Below, in pieces: positions 57,101 to 64,000 of a DNA stretch of 64,000 nucleotides. Position 1 is the first letter of the stretch, and each line of letters starts with the position of its first letter. The stretch covers positions 19,040-83,039 of the forward strand of contig JAYZDF010000029.1 of the NCBI GenBank assembly GCA_036337945.1. The letters are read 5' to 3'. The position numbers and the translations under genes were made by a program. The notes below the pieces were generated by a model. It had not been told where the DNA came from and ran no database searches. It saw only the letters and a list, made by a program, of their open reading frames with translations. The DNA comes from Myxococcota bacterium (GTDB lineage: Bacteria > Myxococcota > Kuafuiibacteriia > Kuafuiibacteriales > Kuafuiibacteriaceae).

Positions 57101-57285
57101 ATAACGTCGCCCACTTTATGGACAACACCAGACAGCCGACTACGCGTTTTTTGCCTTTCTCTCAATTCGTCGAGAGAGGGTATGCTAGTGCTTGCACCAC
57201 CTGCTAACTGCGCGCCGCATTTCCAGCATTTATCCGCGCCATCCTTGACTTGACTACCACATCGATAACAGAGCACTGATGTCAT
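54130..57285 (-). CDS. serine/threonine protein kinase fused to a C-terminal formylglycine-generating-enzyme (FGE/sulfatase-modifying) domain
   Basis: N-terminal Zn-ribbon (CYRCGSQVKDGADKCWKCG). Hanks kinase motifs (GSGGAGVVYRA; VAVK; HGNLKPDNVIV; DFGV). A long acidic/Pro-rich linker, a TM helix and a highly charged E/R/A/K coiled-coil follow. The C-terminus has an FGE-sulfatase pattern (RLPTEEEWE.A; GNVAEWT; GGAA....RCAAR; GFRC). Confidence 0.8.
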   Translation of the reverse strand: MTSVLCYRCGSQVKDGADKCWKCGAQLAGGASTSIPSLDELRERQKTRSRLSGVVHKVGDVIGGRYEVQDILGSGGAGVVYRAHDQEIDVEVAVKVINAKLVQTADEKKLFSKEIKTARKLSHQNIVRIFDEGHDGDRVFASMQYLDGLPLRKIIDLRRSKEQLFTVEEVEPLLNQLCQALDYAHRFTFHGNLKPDNVIVLPELLKITDFGVLKALPRKPFLAIQKARKVNFNYYAPEVRLEVRDLNKRVDLYSLGVIVWEMLTGQVYEDGKSDGLNSNGVDANITRVIKRCIARTPKDRYKSAGAMYNAFREVVESGGASSVPTGASTTPKPKPPPPPGSSAVLASNTPIAKKGEPEPGTGRFESIDDAMIEDSSTGSVSAEVVASSLEIPPLAEGEDSSDLSTNEAANSVEEPEELNESEIELIADPKATNVLSLADIEEEQAGTPQIIDDEEEAPETSKANDALVEPSEYEQDDEDEATEAWSSGLPNDVIETGSEDSTGDEKPNNPLVSRQRLRPAEGPTEAEKMPPELLEKRDEVMSDKPTTKPRTRPSAVPPPPQPQGGPRMSSPVRKPKARPATRPRMSAIRNPTMGFENTNSSGSIPAPSFAPPPVQQPQKNNALIVIAGGFLALFALIFFLQWQQNQKQIDALTNTIEQISKKETVARKSVEDEDIKARKAQEAAEKAAAAELEAQKAAAAEADRKRKAEEEAKAAAAAESRARDEAAAVAARKLKEEKQREADEAARAEIAAREREKTEAENRAKQEEARRRAESNRERERKAAERLAEERRLQEERRAALREERAEKQRERTERAKERAEERRRANEEARQRAEERRAAERAKREEAKKAAAIAAANKDPECPRGMVLVKAGRFRQGSAANDPERNFGDLGVKQVDVAAFCVDYYEYPNGKKRTPTTRVSYARAERSCKRRGKRLCTEEEWEKACSGPRNIRYPYGNAWSSDSCATEDEEGNDRTVQKSGSFKACRSGYGVLDMAGNVAEWTSTSWGSGMVVKGGAADRPGYDSRCAARKKKKKKYSSEMLGFRCCANPK

Positions 57286-57395
57286 CCTCCGCCTAGCTTT
57301 TCCAACCTATCATTGCAAACTCAATGATTCCCGCGTTCTAGACGCGATACTGACTAACCTTCATTGAGATGGAAATCCATACGTCTTTCGACAGT

Positions 57396-57836
57396 TTACT
57401 TCCCGGTATGACCAAAACCGCCTTCACCTCTCTCTGTTTGCGCCAAAGAGGTGACGAGCTCGACCATAGCTTGCTCAACTTTTGCGATCACAAGCTGCGC
57501 AATTCGGTCCTCGACCTTTACTTCGTAAGGGTTTTTTCCATGATTAATGAGTAAGACTTTAACCTCGCCTCGATAGTCCGAGTCGATAGTCCCTGGCGCA
57601 TTCAACACCGTCACCCCGTGCTTGAAAGCCAATCCTGACCGTGGACGCACCTGAGCTTCGAATCCGGGAGGGATCTCAATACTGAGTCCGGTTCCAACCG
57701 CGGCCCACGCGCCAGGGTCGAGCGTCAATGACTCTGCCGCATGAAGATCCATTCCAGCAGCTTCCTCACTTTGATAGCGAGGAAGCGGCAACAAAGGTCT
57801 ACCTGGAAGAGGTTTGATCTTTATGGAAAGACTCAA
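57396..57836 (-). CDS. dut: dUTP diphosphatase
   Basis: dUTPase motifs (AAGMDLHA; [27 protein letters not shown]). Confidence 0.9.
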   Translation of the reverse strand: MSLSIKIKPLPGRPLLPLPRYQSEEAAGMDLHAAESLTLDPGAWAAVGTGLSIEIPPGFEAQVRPRSGLAFKHGVTVLNAPGTIDSDYRGEVKVLLINHGKNPYEVKVEDRIAQLVIAKVEQAMVELVTSLAQTERGEGGFGHTGK

Positions 57837-59992
57837 TCTGAGGCTTCCTCACCAAGCGCAGCTTTTCGTGAAAGTCTGATCTTCCCGTTACGATCAATGC
57901 TCAAGCATTTAACAAGAACCTCATCGCCTTCTCGGACCACGTCCTCGACATTGTCTACCCGCTTATCAGCCAGCTCTGAAATATGAACGAGGCCATCCGT
58001 ACCTGGGAAGATTTCTACGAACGCACCGAAATCCATGATCTTACGTACGTTACCAAGATAAATCTTATCGACCTCTGGTTCTCTCGTAATATCTTTCACC
58101 ATTCGAATCGCACGATCAGCGAGTTCTGGCTCATTGGAGGCAATGTTGACCGTACCATCGTCTTCTACATTGATAGCAACACCGGTCTTCGCAACGATGT
58201 CTTTGATCACTTTGCCACCAGGTCCGATAATATCTTTGATACGTTCGGGCTTAATCTTGAGAACCGTAATGCGAGGCGCCCAGCGAGAGAGGTCATCTCT
58301 TGGTTGGTCAATCACTTTGCCCATCTCTTTCAAAATATGCAGACGACCTGCTTTCGCTTGCTCTAGAGCACTCTCTAAGACTTCACGACTGACGCCTTCC
58401 ATCTTAATGTCCATTTGAACAGCCGTGATACCATTTTCAGTTCCGCATACCTTGAAATCCATGTCACCAAGGTGATCTTCATCGCCAAGGATATCGGACA
58501 ATATCGCAATGTCTTTCCCTTGTTCGATCAAACCCATAGCAATGCCCGCGGTGGGTGCCTTCAAAGGAACACCAGCATCGAGCATTGAAAGTGTCGCACC
58601 GCATACTGATGCCATGGACGAAGAGCCATTGGACTCCGTGATTTCTGAAACAATACGAATGGTGTACGGAAATTCCTCTGCTGAAGGGATTAAGGTGCTC
58701 ACGGCACGTTCTGCCAAAGCGCCGTGTCCGATTTCTCTTCGGCCAGGAGATCTCAGGAACTTCACTTCACCTACTGAATAAGGAGGGAAGTTATAGTGGA
58801 GGAGGAAACGTTTGAAGGAACTACCTTGAAGGTCTTCAAGTTTTTGCTCATCCTGCTTCGTACCCAAAGTACAGGTAATGATACCTTGAGTCTCTCCACG
58901 CTGAAACAGCCCAGAACCATGTACACGAGGCAAGAAACCAACATGGCAAGAGATGTCACGAATTTCATCATGTTTACGACCATCGATACGTGTCTTTTCA
59001 TCCACGATCATTTTTCGAACCATGTTGTATTTCAAATCACCAAAAGCTTCTTTAGCGAGACCTTGTTTGGCCGCCCAATCCTCTTCAGATAATTCTTCCG
59101 CAACTTTCTCCATGGTGGCTGATTTCACAGCATCAATTTGCGCATAACGCGCTAGTTTCTCGGGGATAGTTACTGCCGCTCGAAGGTCATCGCTTGCAAT
59201 CTTAGCTACCAGTGCTTCGAGGTCCTCATCTTTCGGTTTCTCGGGCGCAACTCTTTTCTCAAGCCCCAACTCCGCTTGGACTTCTTCTTGGATATCCAAG
59301 AGAGGCTGACAACTCTCGTGGGCAAACAGAAGCGCGTCCACAATAATATTTTCTGCCAGTTGATGAGCACCACCCTCAACCATAGTGATGGCTTTACGGC
59401 TGCAAGAGACGAATAAATCTAGATCGGATTTTTCCGCCTCTTCAAAAGTTGGATTCGCAATCAACTGACCATCAACCCGGCCGACACGGACTGCCGCGAT
59501 AGGTCCAGCGAAAGGAATATTAGACATCATCAATGCCATAGAAGTTCCATTCAAAGCACAAACGTCTGATGGATGATCGGGGTCATAGCTTAGAACGGTT
59601 GCGATAACCTGCGTTTCACATCGCCACATTTCCGGGAACAAGGGACGAATCGAGCGATCGAGTATTCGTGATGTCAATGTTTCGTGGTCACGTGGTCGCG
59701 CTTCTCGCTTAAAGAAGCCGCCAGGGATTTTACCTGCGGCATACGTTTTCTCGATATAGTCACAGGTTAAAGGTAAAAAGTTCACGCCTTCTCGCGCGCT
59801 CTTACCTGCGCATACTGTTACTAAGACAACGGAGTCACCAAAGGCGACGAGCACAGAGCCATCGGCTTGTTTCGCAACGTGTCCCATGTCGAAGAAGAAT
59901 GTTTTTCCTCCGACCTCTATTTTCTTTTGTGTGTGTTTCATTTTTCTATCTCTCTTTCTTCCTATAGTTCTGAACAAAATTGTCTGTGACAC
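57833..59992 (-). CDS. pnp: polyribonucleotide nucleotidyltransferase (PNPase)
   Basis: Two RNase PH domains, a KH domain ([26 protein letters not shown]) and an S1 domain ([15 protein letters not shown]). It is 719 aa long and overlaps dut by 4 nt. Confidence 0.95.
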   Translation of the reverse strand: MSQTILFRTIGRKRDRKMKHTQKKIEVGGKTFFFDMGHVAKQADGSVLVAFGDSVVLVTVCAGKSAREGVNFLPLTCDYIEKTYAAGKIPGGFFKREARPRDHETLTSRILDRSIRPLFPEMWRCETQVIATVLSYDPDHPSDVCALNGTSMALMMSNIPFAGPIAAVRVGRVDGQLIANPTFEEAEKSDLDLFVSCSRKAITMVEGGAHQLAENIIVDALLFAHESCQPLLDIQEEVQAELGLEKRVAPEKPKDEDLEALVAKIASDDLRAAVTIPEKLARYAQIDAVKSATMEKVAEELSEEDWAAKQGLAKEAFGDLKYNMVRKMIVDEKTRIDGRKHDEIRDISCHVGFLPRVHGSGLFQRGETQGIITCTLGTKQDEQKLEDLQGSSFKRFLLHYNFPPYSVGEVKFLRSPGRREIGHGALAERAVSTLIPSAEEFPYTIRIVSEITESNGSSSMASVCGATLSMLDAGVPLKAPTAGIAMGLIEQGKDIAILSDILGDEDHLGDMDFKVCGTENGITAVQMDIKMEGVSREVLESALEQAKAGRLHILKEMGKVIDQPRDDLSRWAPRITVLKIKPERIKDIIGPGGKVIKDIVAKTGVAINVEDDGTVNIASNEPELADRAIRMVKDITREPEVDKIYLGNVRKIMDFGAFVEIFPGTDGLVHISELADKRVDNVEDVVREGDEVLVKCLSIDRNGKIRLSRKAALGEEASD

Positions 59993-60327
59993 ATACGAAT
60001 ACGCATGCGCGTCTCACACGCTCAGCTAAGAATGGTCTTGAAACTGGTAGATTGAAGCGTCTCGACACCATCTAGGACGAACATTCGTCGGTGGATCGAG
60101 CAATGAGCTAAACGACAAAATCAGTTTCGGTTCGGATGGCTCGTCAGAAGACCAAAATAATCAAACCGCTCAGCCCATTGCGCGACCAACCGACAAAATT
60201 CAGTGGCTCGCTTGATGCAGTCATCATTGACCATTAGCCTCCTCAGGTCCAGTCCGAGTTAACCAAAACCATTCACTCCGCCCTGGTGCAAAGCACCTAT
60301 ACAAGCGGATATACTGAGTGGTTTTAG

Positions 60328-60597
60328 CTACTTACGGAGGCCTAAGGCGCCGATCAATTTTTTATATCGGTCGGTGTCCTCTCCGGCGAGGTACTTAAGT
60401 AGTCGACGACGTCGACCTACCATTTTGAGTAGGCCACGACGGCTGTGGTGATCTTTATGGTTTGACCCAAAATGAGATTGTAGTCCGTTAATACGTGCTG
60501 TGAGGAGCGCAATTTGTACTTCTGGGCTCCCAGTATCATTAGGTTTAGTTCCGTATTTTTCGATAATTTCCGCTTTTTCGGCTTGTCGTAATGCCAT
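60328..60597 (-). CDS. rpsO: 30S ribosomal protein S15
   Basis: An 89 aa protein with the S15 signature ([23 protein letters not shown]...[23 protein letters not shown]). Confidence 0.95.
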   Translation of the reverse strand: MALRQAEKAEIIEKYGTKPNDTGSPEVQIALLTARINGLQSHFGSNHKDHHSRRGLLKMVGRRRRLLKYLAGEDTDRYKKLIGALGLRK

Positions 60598-60677
60598 GTC
60601 TTGAATTTCCTTCGGTTCTATTCTTACTTTCTATTCTCGTTAGAGTGGTGGGACCCTAGTGTCCTGACCCGAGCCTG

Positions 60678-61622
60678 TCAATGAACTTGATCACCTGAAT
60701 TGAATACACATGCATACCTCAAGAGCCCTAATCCGGGTTTCCACCTACTGATTACTGTAACTACGTAAGCCATCGCGCATAACCGGCCTTGAGGATTCGT
60801 TAGGCGAACCAGTTCCCCTGCCCCAATACTATTCATCGAGTCCTCCAAGATATGCTCTGGCATCAATGCTCGCCCAAATGAGACCTCGCTCTCTCCCTTA
60901 GAAGTAATTGCAACTTCCTTCACGTGTTCTACCGCCGATTCTATGGGTCTAAGATCCTCGGATGAAACCTCTTCCAAAGAAACGGCGTTCGCTACGGAGA
61001 ACGAACCAACACTGGTTCGATGTAAACTCGTGAGATGCGCAGGAACACCAAGAGCATCCCCTATTTGAACAGCGAGACTTCGGATATAGGTGCCTTTGGA
61101 TACTACGGTGTCTATATGGATGGTCGGCCAGTTATCCTGCCATAGACAAAGCGCTTTGACATGAACCACTCGGGTCGGTAACTCGACTTCTTCACCTTTC
61201 CTGGCCTTCTTATAAAGTCGCTGCCCGTCGACCTTTACCGCTGAGTAGGCTGGAACCTTTTGATGGATTTCGCCTGTCAACGAACTCAGAACCTCTGGCA
61301 ACTTTTCCCGTAATTCCGGAGCAACTTCTTTGCTTTCGACGATCTCTCCTTCGGAGTCATAAGTCGTCGTAGATTGCCCGAGAAGCACAGTGCCGCGATA
61401 ACTCTTTTCACTACTCTCCACGAACTGAGACAAGCGCGTAGCGTGTCCCACAGTGAGCACCATCAATCCTGTGGCAAGTGGATCCAACGTTCCTGTATGA
61501 CCAATGCGGCGCTCCCCTATTTTCCGGCGAACTTGTTGCACAACATCGTGGCTACTCATCCCCTTCGGTTTATTTATCAGTATAATCCCGGAGAACTTGG
61601 GCGGGAGACGTTTTCTACCCAT
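60678..61622 (-). CDS. truB: tRNA pseudouridine(55) synthase TruB
   Basis: TruB catalytic motif (GIILINKPKGMSSHDVV...GHTGTLDPLATGLMVL) and a PUA-like C-terminus. The ORF track extends to 61661, but Met14 (61622) is the more likely start. Confidence 0.9.
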   Translation of the reverse strand: MGRKRLPPKFSGIILINKPKGMSSHDVVQQVRRKIGERRIGHTGTLDPLATGLMVLTVGHATRLSQFVESSEKSYRGTVLLGQSTTTYDSEGEIVESKEVAPELREKLPEVLSSLTGEIHQKVPAYSAVKVDGQRLYKKARKGEEVELPTRVVHVKALCLWQDNWPTIHIDTVVSKGTYIRSLAVQIGDALGVPAHLTSLHRTSVGSFSVANAVSLEEVSSEDLRPIESAVEHVKEVAITSKGESEVSFGRALMPEHILEDSMNSIGAGELVRLTNPQGRLCAMAYVVTVISRWKPGLGLLRYACVFNSGDQVH

Positions 61623-62061
61623 CGTAAGACTCGGTGTGTACCTCATCTTCCATCGAGACATCAGCGTCAGTTTCGCGACTCACTTCGTTTAGAAGCCGCT
61701 GAATTTTCGCACCTTCTACGATACTGCCATCAAGTTCAAACCGAACCTGAGGAGTATAACGCATCGTGAGTTCTCGTCCGACTTGTCGCTGTATTTCCTT
61801 GGAAGCAGAACTTAGACCCTGAATAACTTGTTCTTGTACTTCAGCGTCATCCGAAAACACAGACACGTAGGCAATCGCATGTTGAAGGTCAGGCGTCACT
61901 CTTACTTCCGTGACTGTTGTTAGGGCGAGAGACAAACGTGGCTCTTTGATACTTCCTTGAGTCAGAATTCCACTGATGATCTTCCTGATCACTTCACCCA
62001 CCTTAGCTGGACGCGAGGATGGACCTTGATGTTGGTTATTTTTCGACCTTCTTCGACTCAT
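61615..62061 (-). CDS. rbfA: ribosome-binding factor A
   Basis: RbfA pattern (RLSLALTTVTEVRVTPDLQHAIAYV). It sits between truB and infB. Confidence 0.8.
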   Translation of the reverse strand: MSRRRSKNNQHQGPSSRPAKVGEVIRKIISGILTQGSIKEPRLSLALTTVTEVRVTPDLQHAIAYVSVFSDDAEVQEQVIQGLSSASKEIQRQVGRELTMRYTPQVRFELDGSIVEGAKIQRLLNEVSRETDADVSMEDEVHTESYDG

Positions 62062-62075
62062 GGATAGGCTCCTTC

Positions 62076-62369
62076 TTACAAATGGATTATTTCAAAACTT
62101 GATTCGAGAACTTCAGCTGTTCCCAGATTGTCTTCATGAATATGGTCTAAAACCTTGTCTAGAATCGAGTTAACTAAACCGTGCTCATTAGAAACTACAG
62201 AAATCCCAATCGTAGCTACGTTATGACGGTCGTTTTCCGCGACCTCGGCAACGGATACCTTAAACCGATTGCGCACTCTTTCGCAGCAACGGCGAACGAC
62301 GCCCCGTTTCTCTTTGAGTGATTGCGCCATCGGAATCGAAAGGCGAACTTTCATGCAGCCGACGATCAC
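62076..62369 (-). CDS. DUF503-family protein
   Basis: A small protein of about 97 aa between infB and rbfA. This is the common position of DUF503 in nusA-infB operons. Confidence 0.55.
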   Translation of the reverse strand: MIVGCMKVRLSIPMAQSLKEKRGVVRRCCERVRNRFKVSVAEVAENDRHNVATIGISVVSNEHGLVNSILDKVLDHIHEDNLGTAEVLESSFEIIHL

Positions 62370-62375
62370 AGCAAC

Positions 62376-64000
62376 CTATAGACGAACTTCCTCACCACTT
62401 GCTACTGGTTCATCCAGCACGGCAGCGACTTCTTCCATCTCGAAGGATTCAATAATATCACCTTCTTTGAGGTCATTGAATTTCTCAACGCCCATACCGC
62501 ATTCAAACCCTTCTTTGACTTCTTTGACATCGTCTTTGAAGCGCTTCAAACTCGACAATTTTCCGGTGTAAATCTCTTTACTATCTCGCAGGACGCGAAT
62601 CTGTGATGACCGCGATACGATACCATCGACAATCGCACAACCAGCCACTGTGCCAACTTTTGGCACGCTGAAAGTCTGTCGAATTTCTGCACGACCCAGG
62701 TACTTCTCGCGAGTAACCGGCGACAACATACCCTGCATCGCCAGTTTTACTTCATCGACACATTCATAAATAACGCTGTAGGTCTTTATCTCAATTCCAC
62801 CGAGCGCTCGTGCTGCTTTGATTGCCTTTGTATCTGGCCGAACGCCGAAACCTACCACGAGGGCCTCGGACGCTGATGCAAACTCAATATCGGATTCAAC
62901 GATTGCGCCAACACCGCCAGAAATAACTCGAACACCCACTTTCTTAGTGCTGAGCGATTCCAAGCTGTTGCGCAGAGCTTCGACTGAACCTTGAACATCC
63001 GCCTTGATAATAATCTTGAGCTCTTTCTGTTCACCTGCGTTGAGTTTTGAGAACAAATCTTCCAAGGACACTTTGCTCTGCCTGGAGTTTTCTGATTCTC
63101 GCCGTAATTCCTCACGGTGAGCCGCGATCTTACGAGCGGCATCCAAGCTCTTGGCAACACGGAACTCATCTCCTGGAGCAGGTACGGCGTTGAGGCCAAG
63201 AATTTGGACAGGAACCGACGGACCGGCAGATTTCACACGCTCGCCTTTATCGTTGAGAAGCGCGCGAACCTTACCTATGGCCTCGCCAGCAATCACTGCA
63301 TCCCCAACTTTGAGTGTCCCCTCTTGAACAAGGACCGTCGCCACTGAACCGCGGCCCTTGTGGACCTCACCTTCGACAACGTGCCCTGTCGCCGAGAGCG
63401 TCGGGTTCGCCTTCAATTCCATAATTTCAGATTGAAGCGCTATCTGCTCTAAAAGTTCATCGAGACCATCACCTGTTTTCGCAGAGATTTTTCGACTGAG
63501 AATATCGCCACCCCATTCTTCAACGAGGAGTCCGTGTGAAGAAAGCTGTTGTAAGACGCGATCAGGATTAGCCTCTGGTTTGTCCATCTTGTTGATTGCA
63601 ACAATGATTGGAACATCTGCGCCCTTCGCATGTTCGATCGCCTCAAGTGTTTGAGGCATCACGCCATCGTCAGCCGCCACGACAAGGATAACGATCTCAG
63701 TAATATTTGCGCCGCGGGCACGCATCGCAGTAAACGCCTTGTGACCAGGAGTATCCAGAAATGTAATCAATCCTTTAGATGTGTTTACCTGGTAGCCAGC
63801 GATAGCCTGAGTAATACCGCCCGCTTCTCCGTCAGCTACGCGTGCATGACGAATTCTATCGAGCAGCGACGTCTTACCGTGGTCTACATGACCCATAACG
63901 GTAACAACCGGTGCTCTAAGGACGGCATCTGGGTCTTCTTTCGCCTTAGCTTCATCGAGGCTGACGCCTTCAAGCTTTTCTTCGACGTTGAAGACTTTCG
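62376..64000 (-). CDS. infB: translation initiation factor IF-2 (C-terminal two-thirds; gene continues beyond window end)
   Basis: G-domain motifs (GHVDHGKTSLLD; DTPGH; NKMD) and C-terminal beta-barrels. The reading frame stays open to the window edge, so the gene is partial. Confidence 0.95.
   Translation of the reverse strand, partial: KVFNVEEKLEGVSLDEAKAKEDPDAVLRAPVVTVMGHVDHGKTSLLDRIRHARVADGEAGGITQAIAGYQVNTSKGLITFLDTPGHKAFTAMRARGANITEIVILVVAADDGVMPQTLEAIEHAKGADVPIIVAINKMDKPEANPDRVLQQLSSHGLLVEEWGGDILSRKISAKTGDGLDELLEQIALQSEIMELKANPTLSATGHVVEGEVHKGRGSVATVLVQEGTLKVGDAVIAGEAIGKVRALLNDKGERVKSAGPSVPVQILGLNAVPAPGDEFRVAKSLDAARKIAAHREELRRESENSRQSKVSLEDLFSKLNAGEQKELKIIIKADVQGSVEALRNSLESLSTKKVGVRVISGGVGAIVESDIEFASASEALVVGFGVRPDTKAIKAARALGGIEIKTYSVIYECVDEVKLAMQGMLSPVTREKYLGRAEIRQTFSVPKVGTVAGCAIVDGIVSRSSQIRVLRDSKEIYTGKLSSLKRFKDDVKEVKEGFECGMGVEKFNDLKEGDIIESFEMEEVAAVLDEPVASGEEVRL

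Noticed and set aside
60000-60327. Long untranslated region between rpsO and pnp as a possible sRNA
   Set aside because: This is the expected pnp leader, an autoregulatory RNase III-processed 5' UTR in the conserved rpsO-pnp arrangement. There is no reason to invoke a separate gene.
1-64000. Search for tRNA/rRNA genes, CRISPR arrays, integrases, transposases or phage genes
   Set aside because: No cloverleaf-compatible segments were noticed in the larger intergenic gaps. There are no repeat-spacer arrays and no recombinase-like ORFs. Apart from the BMC locus, the window looks like core chromosome.

Overview
This is a 64 kb chromosomal window with moderate GC content. Gene content points to a deltaproteobacterium-like or Myxococcota/Bdellovibrionota-like organism, based on many TPR proteins, two large Ser/Thr kinases (one fused to an FGE-sulfatase domain), a sigma-54 two-component system and a TonB/ExbBD system. 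Most of the window is core housekeeping:

- smc, and scpA/scpB elsewhere in the window
- ftsY-zapA, a candidate 6S RNA, and a 5-formyl-THF cyclo-ligase (the conserved zapA-ssrS-ygfA synteny)
- a hemX-hemA-hemC-hemD operon
- trxA, lysC, aspS, purC, purB, dut
- the pnp-rpsO-truB-rbfA-infB operon

The standout is a compact bacterial microcompartment (BMC) locus at 18.1-22.1 kb that has not been characterised. On the + strand it encodes a tandem-BMC shell protein, a PduA-like BMC-H hexamer, an EutN/CcmL-like BMC-P pentamer, a CoA-acylating aldehyde dehydrogenase with an N-terminal encapsulation peptide, a 234-aa protein of unknown function, and a PduT-like BMC-T. The PduT Fe-S ligand cysteine is replaced by serine in that last protein. 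No signature enzyme, phosphotransacylase, alcohol dehydrogenase or local regulator is present. The locus sits between a divergent TonB-ExbB-ExbD cluster and a convergent heme-biosynthesis operon. No rRNA, tRNA, CRISPR arrays, prophage genes or mobile elements were recognised. All calls come from reading the ORF translations and motifs by eye. No database searches were run.
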